64,000 bases of DNA from positions 147,064,001-147,128,000 of the forward strand of contig OX597817.1 in the NCBI GenBank assembly GCA_951406725.2, written 5' to 3'. How positions within the stretch are numbered: the stretch's first letter is position 1; the number at the start of each line of letters is the position of its first letter. Origin of the DNA: Octopus vulgaris. Taxonomy: Eukaryota. This document shows, in pieces, positions 39,525 through 53,988 of the stretch. A program made the translations under genes and the position numbers. The notes below the pieces were generated by a model that saw only the letters and a program-made list of their open reading frames with translations, was not told where the DNA came from and did no database searches.

Positions 39525-39614
39525 TAACACACACACACACTCACACACACACACACACACACGCGCACACACACGTGTGTGTATCCCTTTGTATACACAT
39601 ACGTACCTATACAT

Positions 39615-39665
<51 letters not shown>

Positions 39666-40089
39666 TGTGTGTATATGTATAGGTATGTATCACATTCATA
39701 CCTATACATTGTATATATACACACACATATATAAATATATATATATACACACACACATATATATATATATATATCTACATATGTATATATATATATATAT
39801 ATATACATAGATATCTATGTATATACAAACATACATACATGCATATATATATAATATATATATATATATTTATTTATTTATTTATCTAGTTTCAGCTCAC
39901 TAGCTGTGGCCATGCTGGGGCACCGCCATTTACATATATATATGTTTATACCGCCATATACATATATATATATATATTTATACATAGATATCTATGTATA
40001 TACATACATATATACATACATATTTATATATACATATATATCTATGTATATACATACATATCTATGTATATACATACATCACTCTCTCC

Positions 40090-40123
<34 letters not shown>

Positions 40124-41494
40124 ATTGTGAGACTTTAGGAACTTTGTGAGACTTTAAAGAATTCGCTGTTAAAGCTGGAACTCGAAATAAAACAATGAAG
40201 GAAAATATGGGATTGAAAACCCTTTGAATAGATACCACATTAAAGCATTAGAATGTATTTTTATAGTAACATCAGTAACTTTTATAACATTCCCCTTCTT
40301 TCTATTGGTAGATTTTCTGAAATGCTTTGCCTCGAACAGTGCCATTAGCAACTCAAAAAGAGGAAGAGTTACTTTCAGAAATCGAAACCAGATATCATAT
40401 ACCACCCCTGAGAAATTACTGCAGAGTCGCACCAGTTATTTTCGACAGTGGTTAGAACCATTGTCATACTGGTTACTGCTACTAATATCTTGCCGAGAGG
40501 AATGCAAACATCTCTGGTCATTTTAGTTGCACATTTCACCCCTGAGAATTTACTACAGGGTACTGCCAGCTATCTGTTTTCCATATATAAACTGTTTTTG
40601 AATTGCCTTATTTTCTCCACTGTGATTAGAACCACTGCCGTTATGGTTACAGCCACTGTTATCTTGCTCAGAGACATGCAAACATTTCTGGCTGTTAGTT
40701 CACATTTGTATTTTTAGGCATTTTCTAGATTTCTTTCTTTTGCGTTCTGAGTGATTTCCATGATCGAACGTAAATTAGTTTGAAACTGTATTATATTGTC
40801 TTTACGTCCAATATAAGGCATCGCACTACAGATTTATGACACTCTCTACGAGATGCTTCCAACGAACATATCCATAAATTTACTTTAAAGACAATGACAC
40901 TGATGATTTTAAAGACTATGCAAATCGATGATCTATGGAAGGCACAGTCTTCTTAACTCGCAAATTTAATTCGAAAGTTTCCAAACGGAATAAATGTTTC
41001 TGCCTTGACAAAAGCCGAAAGATGTTACTAAATAAGTATTTGATCGTAAATCAGACAAATGAACAGTTTTCAATAACATACTTAAACCATACGCACTTAA
41101 TAGAAAGTACACCATTTTTCGGACAACCTCCACGTTATGCTAGACATCTTAAGATGAGTGTCATTTTTCTCTCTCTCGTTTATTTTCGAAACTTTGATAT
41201 CTTATTGTATCTTTCTGGTGATCTTTCTGCTTCGTTCGAAAGACTGACCGCTGCCTAGTCCAGAATTGACCACATCACAGGTCAGTACTCTACAAGTTTA
41301 AATTAGTTTTATAAATTTGTATAACAGTACGACTAAAACAATTCGTTGATAGTAACCTCCAGCATTGAATACACTTCAAAGCAAAATATATATATATTAT
41401 GATTTCTATCTCATACAAGTGTCCAACTCCTATAAACGGCAGACATGTTTCTTATAATGTCCCATAATGGCAAATCGATTTTGCTTTTTTTGAG

Positions 41495-41655
41495 GCGCAG
41501 GTTTGTGGTTAAAAGACTCGCTTTGCTACTGTCTAGTCTTGGGTTCAGTCCCACTGTGTGGCGACTTGGTAAGTGTTTTCTACTATCCCCGACCCGACTA
41601 ATGCCTTGTGAGGAAATCTGGTCAACGGAAAGTAAGTGCTAAAAACCATCGTATA
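41495..41655 (+). mobile_element. SINE family A head, old copy
   Basis: GGCGCAGG...GGGTTCAGTCCCACTG.GTGG...CCTTGTGAG...ACGGAAA. Confidence 0.65.
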
Positions 41656-41659
41656 TGTA

Positions 41660-42345
41660 CGAGGTGCGTTCGAGAAGTATTTGACTTTATTTTTTTCCGA
41701 CAAAACTAATGGTGCGTGGGCAGAATCCTTTGGCTGGAAAGTGATACCACCCATCCTGCGCACCCGTGAAAATTTTCGCGACAGTAGGCCGCATCAGTTC
41801 CCAGCTGTTATGCTTAGAGTACAGACGTATAATGCGCGCTCGTCGTATTTTCGCCTTCACCAAACGCGTCGATCAGAGATATTGCATCAAGATTTAGCAA
41901 AAGCTTGGTGATACTCAAGCTCAAAACATCCAGAAGATTAAGCAAAACTTTGGTAAGGATGTCATGAGCAAATGTCAATCAAAATAGAACTACTACGATT
42001 TGGAACATGACTGCGCCTCAGTGGAAAGCGAGGCACACACAAGCAATTCATCACAAAACAAAACCAGGAGTCGATTGAAAGGGTACGGCGAATAGTTATG
42101 GAAGACAGTCGTGCAACAAACCAGAATTTTCCTCACGAAGTCGGAATAAATACATGATCAGCGCCTTTCATTTTAACGGAAAGTTTGTGCATGCGGAAAG
42201 TGTCGGCGAAACTCGTTCACAAGGTGATGGAACAGCAGAAGCGACTCTGCATGGAAATCGGTCAGGACATGCCTGACTGTGCAAATTACGACGCAAAGTT
42301 TTGTGAAGATCCTCATCAGTGGTGATGAGACATAAGTTTGTGATA
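41660..42345 (+). mobile_element. 5' part of a decayed mariner (irritans-like)
   Basis: TA-CGAGGTGCGTTCGAGAAGT terminus; broken frames give QRYCIK, KLGDTQAQ, LCMRKVSAKLV, ISGDET. Confidence 0.75.
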
Positions 42346-42639
42346 TCTTTGGTTGTGTAGAATATGTTTGGTATTTTACTGACAAGAAGGTAAATTTAGA
42401 ACACAGTATAGCTACTAGAACAGCAGAAAGGATTGGGTATGTATTCTCAAGAGACGAGAAAAAGTTATTAGCTGTCTGCTGGCAAGGCTTTTCCGTCTTA
42501 TAAGGGTAAATAACCAATATTTCTCTGCTCCTCTTACAGCTTAACTGGTTCGAAATTTATCTTCTTGTCAGTAAGATATATGTTTTTTTTCCAGGATTAA
42601 ATAAAAAGACAACAATCAGAAAATTTGACATACCTATAT

Positions 42640-42993
42640 ATACGAGGGTTCCAGTTGATCTGATCAACGGAACAGCCTGCTCATGAAATCAACGTGCAAG
42701 TGGCTGAGCACTCCACTAACACGTGTACCCTTAACGTAGTTCTCGAGGAGATTCAGGGTGTCACAGACTGTTACAAGGTTGGCCATTCGAAATACAGGTA
42801 CAACAGAAATAGAAAGAAATAGTGAGAGGAAGTTGAGGGGAAACAGTACAGCAGGGTTGGCTACCCACCCACTTCCAGAGCCTCGTGGAACTTTAGGTGT
42901 TTTCACTCAATAAACACTCACAATGCCCGGTTTGGGAATTGAAACCGCGATCCTACGACTGCGAGTCAGCTGCCCTAACCACCTTTGAGCCTC
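42640..42993 (-). mobile_element. SINE family C
   Basis: Minus-strand tRNA-like head GGAGGCTCAAAGGTGGTTAGGGCAGC...GCGGTTTCAATTCCC; 3' part shared with 18460-18630. Confidence 0.75.
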
Positions 42994-43138
42994 CACACAC
43001 ACACACACACACACATACATACATACACATACACACACATATATGATGGTTGTATATACGCGGCCTGGCCCAGCTCTGGTCGTAACATATCTAAGAATCG
43101 AAGGACAAGTTTACGAATGTATATATGTACGTACATAC

Positions 43139-43169
<31 letters not shown>

Positions 43170-43183
43170 TGTATGTATGTATG

Positions 43184-43214
<31 letters not shown>

Positions 43215-43430
43215 GAATGTATGCATGTATGTATGAATGAATGTATGTATGTATGTATGTATGTATGTACGTACGTACGTATGTATGAATGAATGTATGT
43301 ATGTATGTATGTATGTATGTATGTATGTACGTACCTATGTATGTATGTATGTATGTATGAATGTATGTATGTATGTATGTATGTATGTATTTATGTATGT
43401 ATGCATGTAAGTATGTATGTATGAATATCA

Positions 43431-43921
43431 TTATTCAGTTATATTTTAAAATTTCTTGCCAATAGAGAAAGAGCCAGTTTCTAACATAGATCCAAGGCTT
43501 CAATTGGAATTTCAACAGGGTATTTTTGTATGTATGTATGTTCTGGTTTTGAGAAGCCTAATTTCTCAAAATTGGTATCCCAGGGACACAACAATTACAA
43601 GCATAAACCTGAACTTGTAATCTGGATACAGTAACTGCTGATTTCTGAAAAATTCAGCGTAGGTATTCTCTTTTTCACTTATCTTCAGCTTTATGTTAAC
43701 ATCTGCTGGGCAGCAAATTCCCGCAACTGTACACAGTTTCTCTCCTCAATCCCAAATCATTATATCAGGTCTGTTGTCCTTACATTTTATTGAGGTCTTC
43801 ACTGGGACATTCCACCAGTATTCCTTTTCATTATGAGTGGCTATGGCTTCTACCATATTGCGGGTTCTTATTTCTTTGTCCTCGGCGTTATTCTTCCGAC
43901 GGATTCCATTATAGAGTGTCA
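43431..43921 (-). mobile_element. 3' fragment of R4/Dong-like non-LTR element
   Basis: Minus strand reads EYWWNVPVKTSIKCKDNRPDIMIWD and CCPADVNIKLKISEKENTYAEF (PD motif of REL nuclease); embedded in (TATG)n. Confidence 0.8.
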
Positions 43922-43922
43922 C

Positions 43923-43953
<31 letters not shown>

Positions 43954-44007
43954 TGTATGTATGTATGTATGTATGTATGTATGTATGTATGTATGTATGT
44001 ATGTATG

Positions 44008-44038
<31 letters not shown>

Positions 44039-45662
44039 ATTACACACACACACACATATTCATATGTATGTCAGTCCAATAATTAAGTCTGAGATAGAGC
44101 CAATTGAGGGTCTCTAAATCTGGGTGACAAGATGGATTCGATAAATTCTTTAGTAATATTACTAACAATTGTAGTAAGACGCCTGGAATGGTTTGAGTGG
44201 AATTTTAGTGAGACGCAGTTCTAAGGCGGAAGCATTTCTCAAAGTGTTCGCTTAGGTTTCCTTAGATTCTTCGAGGTGAGAGAGAAAAGTAGCATTGACA
44301 AGACGAAGAAAAACGTTAAATAAATGAGTTTAGTTGAAGAAAGTAAAGACAGTGCGAAAGAATTAAACAAGTTCAGGGGAGCAGAAACAGAAAACGGACG
44401 TATTCGTGGCGGAGGTTAGAAAGAGAGGGAAGGGAAATCTACATAGCACAGTGCCGCGTCGACAGTTGTGTGTATAAATTGCTGGTAGGAGAGGGTGTGT
44501 AGTTAAATGAAATATTCGGCTCCTACGCTGCATCCTGCAGATTTCATTAAAAACATTTTATGCATTTGTATGAATAATTAACAGGACCAAGTGTTCGTAA
44601 CTGGTGTGTTTTTGACAAATGTTAACAGCATATTCATCTGAGTGATTGATTTAACAATAACCTACATGGCGAATAATTGGTTTATTAATGAATCAAACGA
44701 TTGATTAAAGCTGAATTTATATTTATTTATTTTATATATTTTATATATTTTTGTTGTTTCCACCAAATTTTTTTATTTTGTTTTTTTTTCTTCTCTTTGC
44801 TTTATTGTATTTTTTTTATTTTTCACATGCGATTAATAATTTACTAAATGCTTTATCTGAATCCTTTAATACGGAAACTTGAAAGCTAGTAAAACATTCC
44901 ATCCATAAAGTTAATTATGTTCGCCCGAATTCAATCAATAGCAAGCTTAAAGGACATTTGATAATCATTCTCCAAGGACACTTACCTATCAGTATAGCTC
45001 GAAGGTTTTTTTTTACATTTAAAACTGAGGTAAATAAAATACAATAAGAATACAAAATTAAAGAAAAAAACACAATATAGCGAAACAAACAACAAAAAAA
45101 AACAAACAAAAACAATCATCTTAAAATAAAATAAAATGAAATATAAAATCGAAACAGAAAAACAAATGAACAAAAAAATCATTTTCGTAAGCGCTTAAAT
45201 GAAAAAAATATATTCTAAGAGAATACAGAACGACCTTAAGAAACGTCTATATTAAATTTTGTAAAAAGTAAAATAAAATAGCAAATGTATAATAATAAAA
45301 AAAATAAACCAGAGAAACTTTAAAAAACCAAAGCAAAAGCCCCGAATGTTGAATGTAATTATAGTCTGCTCTGTAGGTATAAGTATTATTACTTTGGTGG
45401 AAACGACACATCTCTCTGTCTGCTAATTGCGTTGTCCGTTAGGTAAACCACTTTTGTTTCCCCTAATAGCTAATCCATTAGTTGACAACGATGCTTACGT
45501 AGCAAAACTAGAGTGTCGTGATCGGGTCTCCCAGGATTTGACACTTCAGCTTTAATGTCAATACAGTCACGTAGAACGATAAGATTCGCAGTACACCACC
45601 GCTGTTGCTGCATGCGTGTGGTATATACGTTATCTCATCTCTTACACAGGTTACTATGTAAG

Positions 45663-45707
<45 letters not shown>

Positions 45708-46030
45708 TATTTGCATACAAATGAATGGATATATAGACATATATAGGTGTAAATATATTCTACATTCTATACGTTTATATATATACACACACACACATAT
45801 ATATACATATCTATATAGATATATACATACATATATACATATATATAAATATATACATACATATATATATATATGCATAAATATATACATACATATATAT
45901 ATACATATATAAATATATACGTATATACATATATATGCATATATATGTACATATATATATATGCATATACAGATATATATATATACATCTATACATATAT
46001 ATACATATAAATACATATACATACATACAT

Positions 46031-46105
<75 letters not shown>

Positions 46106-46555
46106 AGACCAAAGTGTACGTACGCCGCTATATATATATAAATAATACAAAATGGGACAAGAACGCAAAAACCCGGATAGCTAGGTGATACGAAAAGGGA
46201 CAACAAAACATCTAGATAGATGATACAAAGAAAATAAGGACGGGTCATTCAAAGTTTTCTTTCCTCAGTCAAGTACCAGATTATCCTCGCAATTCTGGCT
46301 GATTATTCTTAAGATTACTCCAATCTGGCCAGCACTAAGGAAAAACTAATGTATATACAGGTTATGAGAGTTAATGGTGTCAGTAAGACCCAAAGGTAAG
46401 TGCTATGGATAGACCATAGTTAAGCTTCAGGTTCGGTGATTATGCGAATAAGGAGTCCACCGTAGGTCATATATCAGCGTGTGTTTATATAAAAAATATT
46501 TTTCAGAATGAGATAAAAAATCAAGCTGCGAAGATTTTAGAACATTTAAAAATAG

Positions 46556-46613
46556 GTCTTACAGCTGGTTCCAGGATATTTATTATATCCCTTCATCGGA
46601 GACGGTGTGAGAA
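46556..46613 (-). ncRNA. Degenerate hammerhead motif
   Basis: Minus: GTCT-CCGATGA-AGGGATAT aataa ATATCCT-GGAA-CCAGCTG-TA-AGAC; stems intact, core substitutions. Confidence 0.55.
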
Positions 46614-48840
46614 AATGGTTAAGCAATAGTTAATTTAGATAAGATAAGAAATAGAGAGTGAAGTGGCGGAATGAAAATAGATGTGAGATATGCAGGGATA
46701 TTGCATTTGTAGATCCATTATTTAGGCAGAATGTTATACATATAAGATTCCAATACCTTGTGAGTAAATTCCAATATTATCTAAAATTGGTCATTCCAAG
46801 TATAGAGTTTGTACACATTGCTATTGAATGGAGGGCTTTATTTAAAGTGACCTAAAAGTAGGGAATGTATTTGTAAGGTCAAATCGAAAACAGTAAGAGA
46901 GGAATAAAGAAAAGAGAAAAAAATAAAAAAAGAGAAGAAAAAGAAAAAGAAAAACAGGAAGAGAGGAATAAAGAAAAGAAAAAAAGAAAAAAGAAAAACA
47001 AGGAGAGAGATAATAAGGGAAAGTGTACCAGTTAGTGGTCAGTCAAGATAATTTGAAAGTAGGAATGGGGAGATGAGTGTTATAGCGAGAAAAAGGTATT
47101 AGAGTGCAAAACGATAGAAGGAATGTAGGGTGATAGAGAGAGAGGTATAAAATGTAAAGGAGTGTCAGTTAAGTAGTGGTAGAGTCTAAGCGATGGGGCA
47201 GAGAGAGCGGTAGTAGTATGGAATGAAAAATTTAGGAATATAGATTAGGTGGTTGGTCAGGTCAGTGCTTAGTAGTAGAAGAAAATGTATACGTGAAGAT
47301 GTATGCATATGTGTATATTAGACATGTATATATATATATATATTTATACAGATGTTTATACATATCAATATTTACATATGCAACTCGTACTCATGCGTAT
47401 ATGTACACATGCACACCCATATATACGTGTATCTGTATGTATTATCACTCCTGTATACGCAGGTATACATACCTTGCATAGAAGGTGGTGCTATTAAGTT
47501 AGACATGGCCTGGGCCAATAATGGCCGAAACCTATCAAAGTATCAAAGTAAGTACATACATACATTCACACATACATACATAACTGCTGCATACGGACAG
47601 TTTTGACGAACTGGAACGGGAACGTGAAACTCTGAGTGGCAGATTTTTGTGATATTTTTGTGATGTTTTTGCAGCTTTAATAATAAAGCATTTTACTCTA
47701 CCTCCGGTGTTCGAGTACTATTTTTTCCCACTTTGTTTCACATTTATGTGATTACTCTGGTATATTTATGTATGTATGTATGTATGTATGTATGTATGTA
47801 TGTATGTATGTATGTATGTATGTGTCTGTATGTGTGTATATTTATGTCTGTGCTTGTCAGCCACGACTTTGGAAACCGATGTTGGATTGCTTATATGTAC
47901 GGTAACTCTGCGATTCGGCAAAGTGCCCGATAGAGTAAGTACCAGTGCAATGTCTGAAATAAGTAAGAGATAAAAGGATTCATGTACGCTTAACTGGCTT
48001 ATCTCCCTTAGGTCTTGCTCTTGCAAAGTGACATTCTACGCATTTCCGCTCTACGCTCTTTCCTTTTCTTGATAAAATACCTTGGTTAGAAACGTTGGAT
48101 GTGCCTTCTTTCTTTTCCTCGCGGCATAATATTACAGACTTTTACTGCCAATAAATTTATATTAACTTATAGTCCGCTGTTTGTTATTGCCATTTTGTTT
48201 TGCATTCCTCCTCTTTTTCTCATGACTCTACTTGGATATTCCATTACTGCCACAAAGCAAATCGTCTGATTTACGACGGAATTTATATTATTATACACAC
48301 GAGGAAAGCTATATAAATACTTAAATGACGAAACTATATCTACGAACTAATGTTCATTCTAATTCCTGCATCTCTATCTCTTTCTCTATTTTTCTATTTA
48401 TCTGTTTGTGTATGTGTATGTGCATGTATGTGTGTGCGTGACGGCTGCTACATAACTTCGAGCAATGCCATCGCTTGAATATTTACGTAAACATGAGTAG
48501 CACAGAACTGATTTTTCATTCCTGCTAGGGACCTACACCATTTTGAACAGACGTGTCTCTCTACGAGAAAGAATCTTCTGACATAACACTTGCGACTTCG
48601 TTTGCATCCAATGATATAGACTAGTTCTTTTGTGGCAAATAGCTTCCTTGCTTAGAGAGTGGGTTTGGCTCACTGCGAAATCTTTCGTTACTATAAAAAG
48701 TTTCAGGCACAGACAACGTTTGATTCTGAACAGTTGCGTTAAGTGTTGTAAATATTTCAGTTGATCGCTATCAATGCTACCACATAGTGCGGATTGGAGA
48801 AGAGGAGAGAATACAAGGGATTTCTCAATTTCCTTGCACA

Positions 48841-49230
48841 AGGCGTATGAGTGGCTGTGTGGTAAATAGCTTGCTTACCAACCACATGCTTCCGGGTTCA
48901 GTCCCACTGCGTGGCACCTTGGGCAAGTGTCTTCTACTATAGCCTCGGGCCTACCAAAGCCTTGTGAGTAGATTTGGTAGAAGGAAACTGAAAGAAGTCC
49001 GTCGTATATATGTGTGTGTATATGTTTGTGTGTCCGTGTTTGTCCCCCCCAACATCGCTTGACAATCATTGCTGGTGTGTGTACGTCCCCGTAACTTAGC
49101 GGTTCGGCAAGAGTGACCGATAGAATAGGTACTAGGCTTACAAAGTATAAGTCCTGGGGTCGATTTACTCGACTACAATCGGTGCTCCAGCATGGCCACA
49201 GTCTAATGACTGAAACAAGTAAAAGAGTAA
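48841..49230 (+). mobile_element. SINE family A
   Basis: Same unit as 9658. Confidence 0.9.
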
Positions 49231-49288
49231 CGGACGACGAAATGACAGACACACACTCACACATACACTTATACATACACCGGCACAC

Positions 49289-49321
<33 letters not shown>

Positions 49322-49558
49322 TGTATGTATGTATGTATGTATGTATGTATGTATGTATGTATGCATGCATGCATGCAAGTATGTATGTATGTATGTATGT
49401 ATGTATGTATGTATGTATGTATGTATGTATGTATACATGCATGCATGCAAGTATGTATGTATGTATGTATGTATGTATGTATGTATGTATGTATGTATGT
49501 ATGTTGTATGCATGCATGCATGCAAGTATGTATGTATGTATGTATGTATGTATGTATG

Positions 49559-49592
<34 letters not shown>

Positions 49593-49681
49593 TGTATGTA
49601 TGTATGTGTATATATATTTAGAAAACGTGCAAAATATTTAGCCAATTAGAACTAAAACGTATATCGGAATGATGGATAACT

Positions 49682-49804
49682 CGTACAAACGTTAAAGAAG
49701 TCAATTTCCTGGACATTAACATGAAGCTTGACATAGGAAAATTTAAACGCTGCCACAAACCAAACGAGGAAGCCTTGTACATAGACATGGGTTCCAACCA
49801 CCCA
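49682..49804 (+). pseudogene. Penelope-like element reverse transcriptase fragment
   Basis: Reads RTNVKEVNFLDINMKLDIGKFKRCHKPNEEALYIDMGSNHP, the NFLD...Y.KP....YI...SNHP signature of the PLE RT C-terminus; followed by half-hammerhead CAGCCGAAACGCAGTGTAGGCC. Confidence 0.8.
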
Positions 49805-50412
49805 CTAGCTTTTTTCAACTTCATAATGCACTTTAAAAGTGCAAATAGGAGTGACAGCAATCAGCCGAAACGCAGTGTAGGCCACGTGAATGAACTTCTT
49901 AGTTTGACTGGACTTTGATAATAAATTGATCACTCTATGTATGTATTCTTTGTTTTCTTTGAATTTCTAAACTTTTTTTCTCTTATATGGAGAATGATGG
50001 AAATCTGTATTACGTCAACTGGAATTTAAGATGTGCAATTACTGATATTGAAGAGGAACCAACGATAAACACTAATACAGACACACATCAAAATTTTCCA
50101 GTATCGTTAATCGATATTAGTGCAAAACCGGTGTACGCTTGGATAATATATGCATAAGAACAACTTTTTTCTATACAGACTGTGTATACATACATACATA
50201 CATACATACATACATACATACATACATACATACATACATACAAACATACATACATACATACATACAAGCATATATATATATATATATATATATATTCATA
50301 TTTAACGACATATACTTGACGTATATGCTTCATGTATTTTCCAACGAAGCATATAAATTAAGTATGTGTGGTTAATTATATTATGCTAGTGCTGCTTCTA
50401 TTTAATATTTAA

Positions 50413-50457
<45 letters not shown>

Positions 50458-50595
50458 TATATGGTTACAGGACATCAAAAAATGTTGAACACAATGAGAA
50501 ACGAATACATAAAAACAAAAATATCGAAACGAATTTTTTTCAAACACCGAAAAAACCCCAGAGAAACGAGATAAAGAATATTCTCCTTCTTCAGT

Positions 50596-50639
<44 letters not shown>

Positions 50640-50640
<1 letters not shown>

Positions 50641-50990
50641 GCAGGAGTGGCTGTGGGGTAAGTAGCTTGCTTACCAACCATATGCTTTCAGGTTCAGACC
50701 TACTGCGTGGAACCTTGGGCAAGTGTCTTCTGCTATAGCTTCGTGTCGACCAAAGCCCTGTGAGTGGATTTGGTAGACGGAAACTGAAAGAAGCCTGTTA
50801 TATGTTCGTGTTTCTTCCCAACTATTATTTGACAACCGATGTTGGTGTCTTTACGTCTCCGTAACTTAGTGATCAGACCGATACAGTAAGTACTAGGCTT
50901 ACAAAGAATAAGTCCTGGGGTCGATTTGTTCGACTAAAGGTCGTGCTCCAGCATGGCTGCAGTCAAATGACTGAAACAAATAAAAGAATA
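50640..50990 (+). mobile_element. SINE family A
   Basis: Same unit as 9658. Confidence 0.88.
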
Positions 50991-51089
50991 ATAGAATATA
51001 TATATAATTATATAATTAAGGATACAATGAAGGATAATATCTCACGATTTTATCAAGTAGTCAACATGTATAAATAATACTTAATACAA

Positions 51090-51144
<55 letters not shown>

Positions 51145-51162
51145 CAATAATAATAAGGGCTG

Positions 51163-51653
51163 TAACAAGTAGGGCCACAGGCCGAAGAAAGACGCCAAAT
51201 GGCGCTAAGAACTAGTTATTTGCTCCATTAGCACGTATTGAAAGCGAGGAAATTGAAGAAGTAGGAGGAAAGTGAAGAAATATATCGATTTTGGGTTCAG
51301 AGAAATAAAAACGCCTGACCATCTTCGGTATGGTGTGACCAATTGCACATAAAAATAAACATTTACACATACTAGTACGAACACTACGTATCCACCATGC
51401 GGTATTATTTTTCGGTCGTATATACGCGTGTTGAGGTGAACAAATTAGATATGGCTAATACATAAATCTAGACATTTGTAGATATGGCTATGGAGTTTTT
51501 ATTTCTCTAAACCCGAAACCATTATATGTTTAAACCCTTGTCCTAAATCTTATTTGTTCACTTTCGTCGCTTTCAGTACGTGCTAATAAAGCAAATAACT
51601 GTAGATCTTAGCGCCATTTGGCTTCTATCTCCAGCATGTGGCCCTACTCGTTA
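51163..51653. repeat. Diverged inverted repeat (about 150-bp arms) between (TA)n tracts
   Basis: AGTAGGGCCACA...CCAAATGGCGCTAAGA...TTAGCACGTA vs TACGTGCTAA...TCTTAGCGCCATTTGG...TGTGGCCCTACT. Confidence 0.8.
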
Positions 51654-51754
51654 GAGACCTTATTATATATAATTACTGGTATTATATGTACGTATGCATG
51701 TATATTTATATCCATCTATTTATATATCTATCTATCTGTCTGTCTGTCTGTCTG

Positions 51755-51864
<110 letters not shown>

Positions 51865-51866
51865 TA

Positions 51867-52262
51867 CAGGGTGGGGTGAATAAACTGTCGTCTAAATTAC
51901 GCGAAAATGAAAATCACACTGACATCTTATTTTAACAGATATATTTACCAAAATTACATAAAAATATCTTGAAATACTAAAGAGTAAGTTTATTCAATAA
52001 AATCGCCATTGGGTTCAACTACGGCTACATGGCCCCAGATTGACAGCCAGACACTCTGAAATGTTCATATTGGTGCTTCCGGCGGGAATGCCAAGCAGTC
52101 GTTTCCAAACTTCTGGCAGAGTGAATGCGTCATGGTGTTGTTTTTCTCACAGATGGTGCTCAACTGACCCTACTATACTATGTAGTCGACAAAATCAAAA
52201 GCAACCAATGCGCATGCGCGAAAAAAAAAATGAAATGGCAACAATTTACTCATCGCACCCCG
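51867..52262. mobile_element. Tc1/mariner-type MITE
   Basis: TA-CAGGGTGGGGTGAATAAACTGTCG ... CAACAATTTACTCATCGCACCCCG-TA imperfect TIRs with TA flanks. Confidence 0.7.
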
Positions 52263-52446
52263 TATATATACGGGCATATATATCTATATATCTATACATA
52301 TACGTAAACACTTACACACGCTAAAACAGACACAAACACATATATGAATGTATGTGTGTATTCAGGTAGTTAAAATTATTCAGGTAGCTGACAGTTAAGA
52401 AGTTCCCGCTGTGCTCTTTCGTTGATGCTTATTCGAGTGTGTGTGC

Positions 52447-52495
<49 letters not shown>

Positions 52496-52502
52496 TGTGC
52501 GT

Positions 52503-52800
52503 GAAGGCTCATAATCTAATGGTTAGTGTGTCGTACTCACGATTGCCAGATCATGGATACAATATCCCTGAGCGGACGGTACGTTCTGTTTCTGAGCAAA
52601 ACACTTCCTCTATCGTTGCTCTCCGATCACTTCGACATCTGACGTGTGGCACAGCGGGCACCTGTAAAAGGATCTTCGATTTGATGGAAAGAATGAGCTA
52701 GTGTGCAGCATAAACATCAGATCCCAATAAACAAATCATTTTTGCGGGTTGTCCCAGCAAGAAATTGCAGAATAGTCTGTCTCGGACCCGAAAGACTGTC
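52503..52800 (+). mobile_element. Old tRNA-derived SINE
   Basis: GAAGGCTCAT..TCTAATGGTTAG head similar to 18263 and 58588. Confidence 0.5.
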
Positions 52801-53056
52801 ATAAATTCTAGACCATATGGGTCAATATATTCCTACATGCTTTTATTTTACTGCTCTTGTTTTACCTTCATTAATTGTAAGGCTTAGGGATAAAAAAAAT
52901 CTTGCATCACAGCTACATGATACCGATTTTAATTCCACTGTAGTTCAGATCTGTTAATATTAATTGTAGTCTAAAATTGAGCTACATATTTTGAATGGAA
53001 TTTGGTACATCGAAACGAAGCTGTACTGATTCTTGTTGTATGTGTGAGTGTATGCA

Positions 53057-53094
<38 letters not shown>

Positions 53095-53176
53095 GTGTGT
53101 GCGTATTCTTTTATTCTTTTCAGTCATTTGACTGCAGCCATGCTGGAGCACCGCCTTTGATATCTATATTATATAA

Positions 53177-53637
53177 TGCGCAGGCGTGGCTGTGTGGTAA
53201 GACACTTGCTTCTCAACCACATGGTTCCGGGTTCAGTCTCTCGCTCCGAGGTACCTTCGACTGACCAAAGCCTTGGGCCGACCAAAGCTTTGTGAGGGGA
53301 TTTGGTTGCTGGAAACTGAAAGAAGCCTGTCGCGTATATATATATACATACATACATACATACATATTTGTGTGTGTGTGTTCGTGTGTATGTGTGTGTG
53401 TGTATGCGTGTGTTTGTCTCTGTGCCTGCGTCTGTTTCCCCATCAACACTTGACATCCGGTATAGCTGTGTTTACGCCCCCGTAACTTAGCATTTCGGCA
53501 AAATAGACCGATAAAATAAGTGCCAGGCTAAACAAAATTAAGTACTGGGGTTGATGTATTCGACTAGAAATATACTGCAAGGCGGTGCCCCAGTATGGCC
53601 GCAGTCAAATGCCTGAAACAAGTAAAAGATAAAAAGA
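53177..53637 (+). mobile_element. SINE family A
   Basis: Same unit as 9658. Confidence 0.88.
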
Positions 53638-53642
53638 TATAT

Positions 53643-53988
53643 ATTCTTTTACTTGTTTCAGTCATTTGACTGCGGTCATGTTGGAGCACCGCCTTTAGTC
53701 GAACAAATCGATACCAGGTCTTATTCTTTGTAAGCCTAGTACTTATTCTATCGCTCCTTTTTGCCGAACCGCTGAGTTTCGGGGACGTAAACACACCAGC
53801 ATCGGTTGTCAAGCGATGTTGGGGTGACAAACACAGACACACAAAAACATATACACACACACATACATATATATACATATATACGACGGGCTTCTTACAG
53901 TTTCTGTCTACCAAATCCACTCACAAGGCTTTGGTCGGCCCAAGGGGTTGGTAAGCAAGCTTCTTACCACACATCCACTCCTGCACCT
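53643..53988 (-). mobile_element. SINE family A with internal deletion, tail-to-tail with previous copy
   Basis: Reverse complement unit; lacks the CCAAGG..GAACC segment. Confidence 0.88.
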
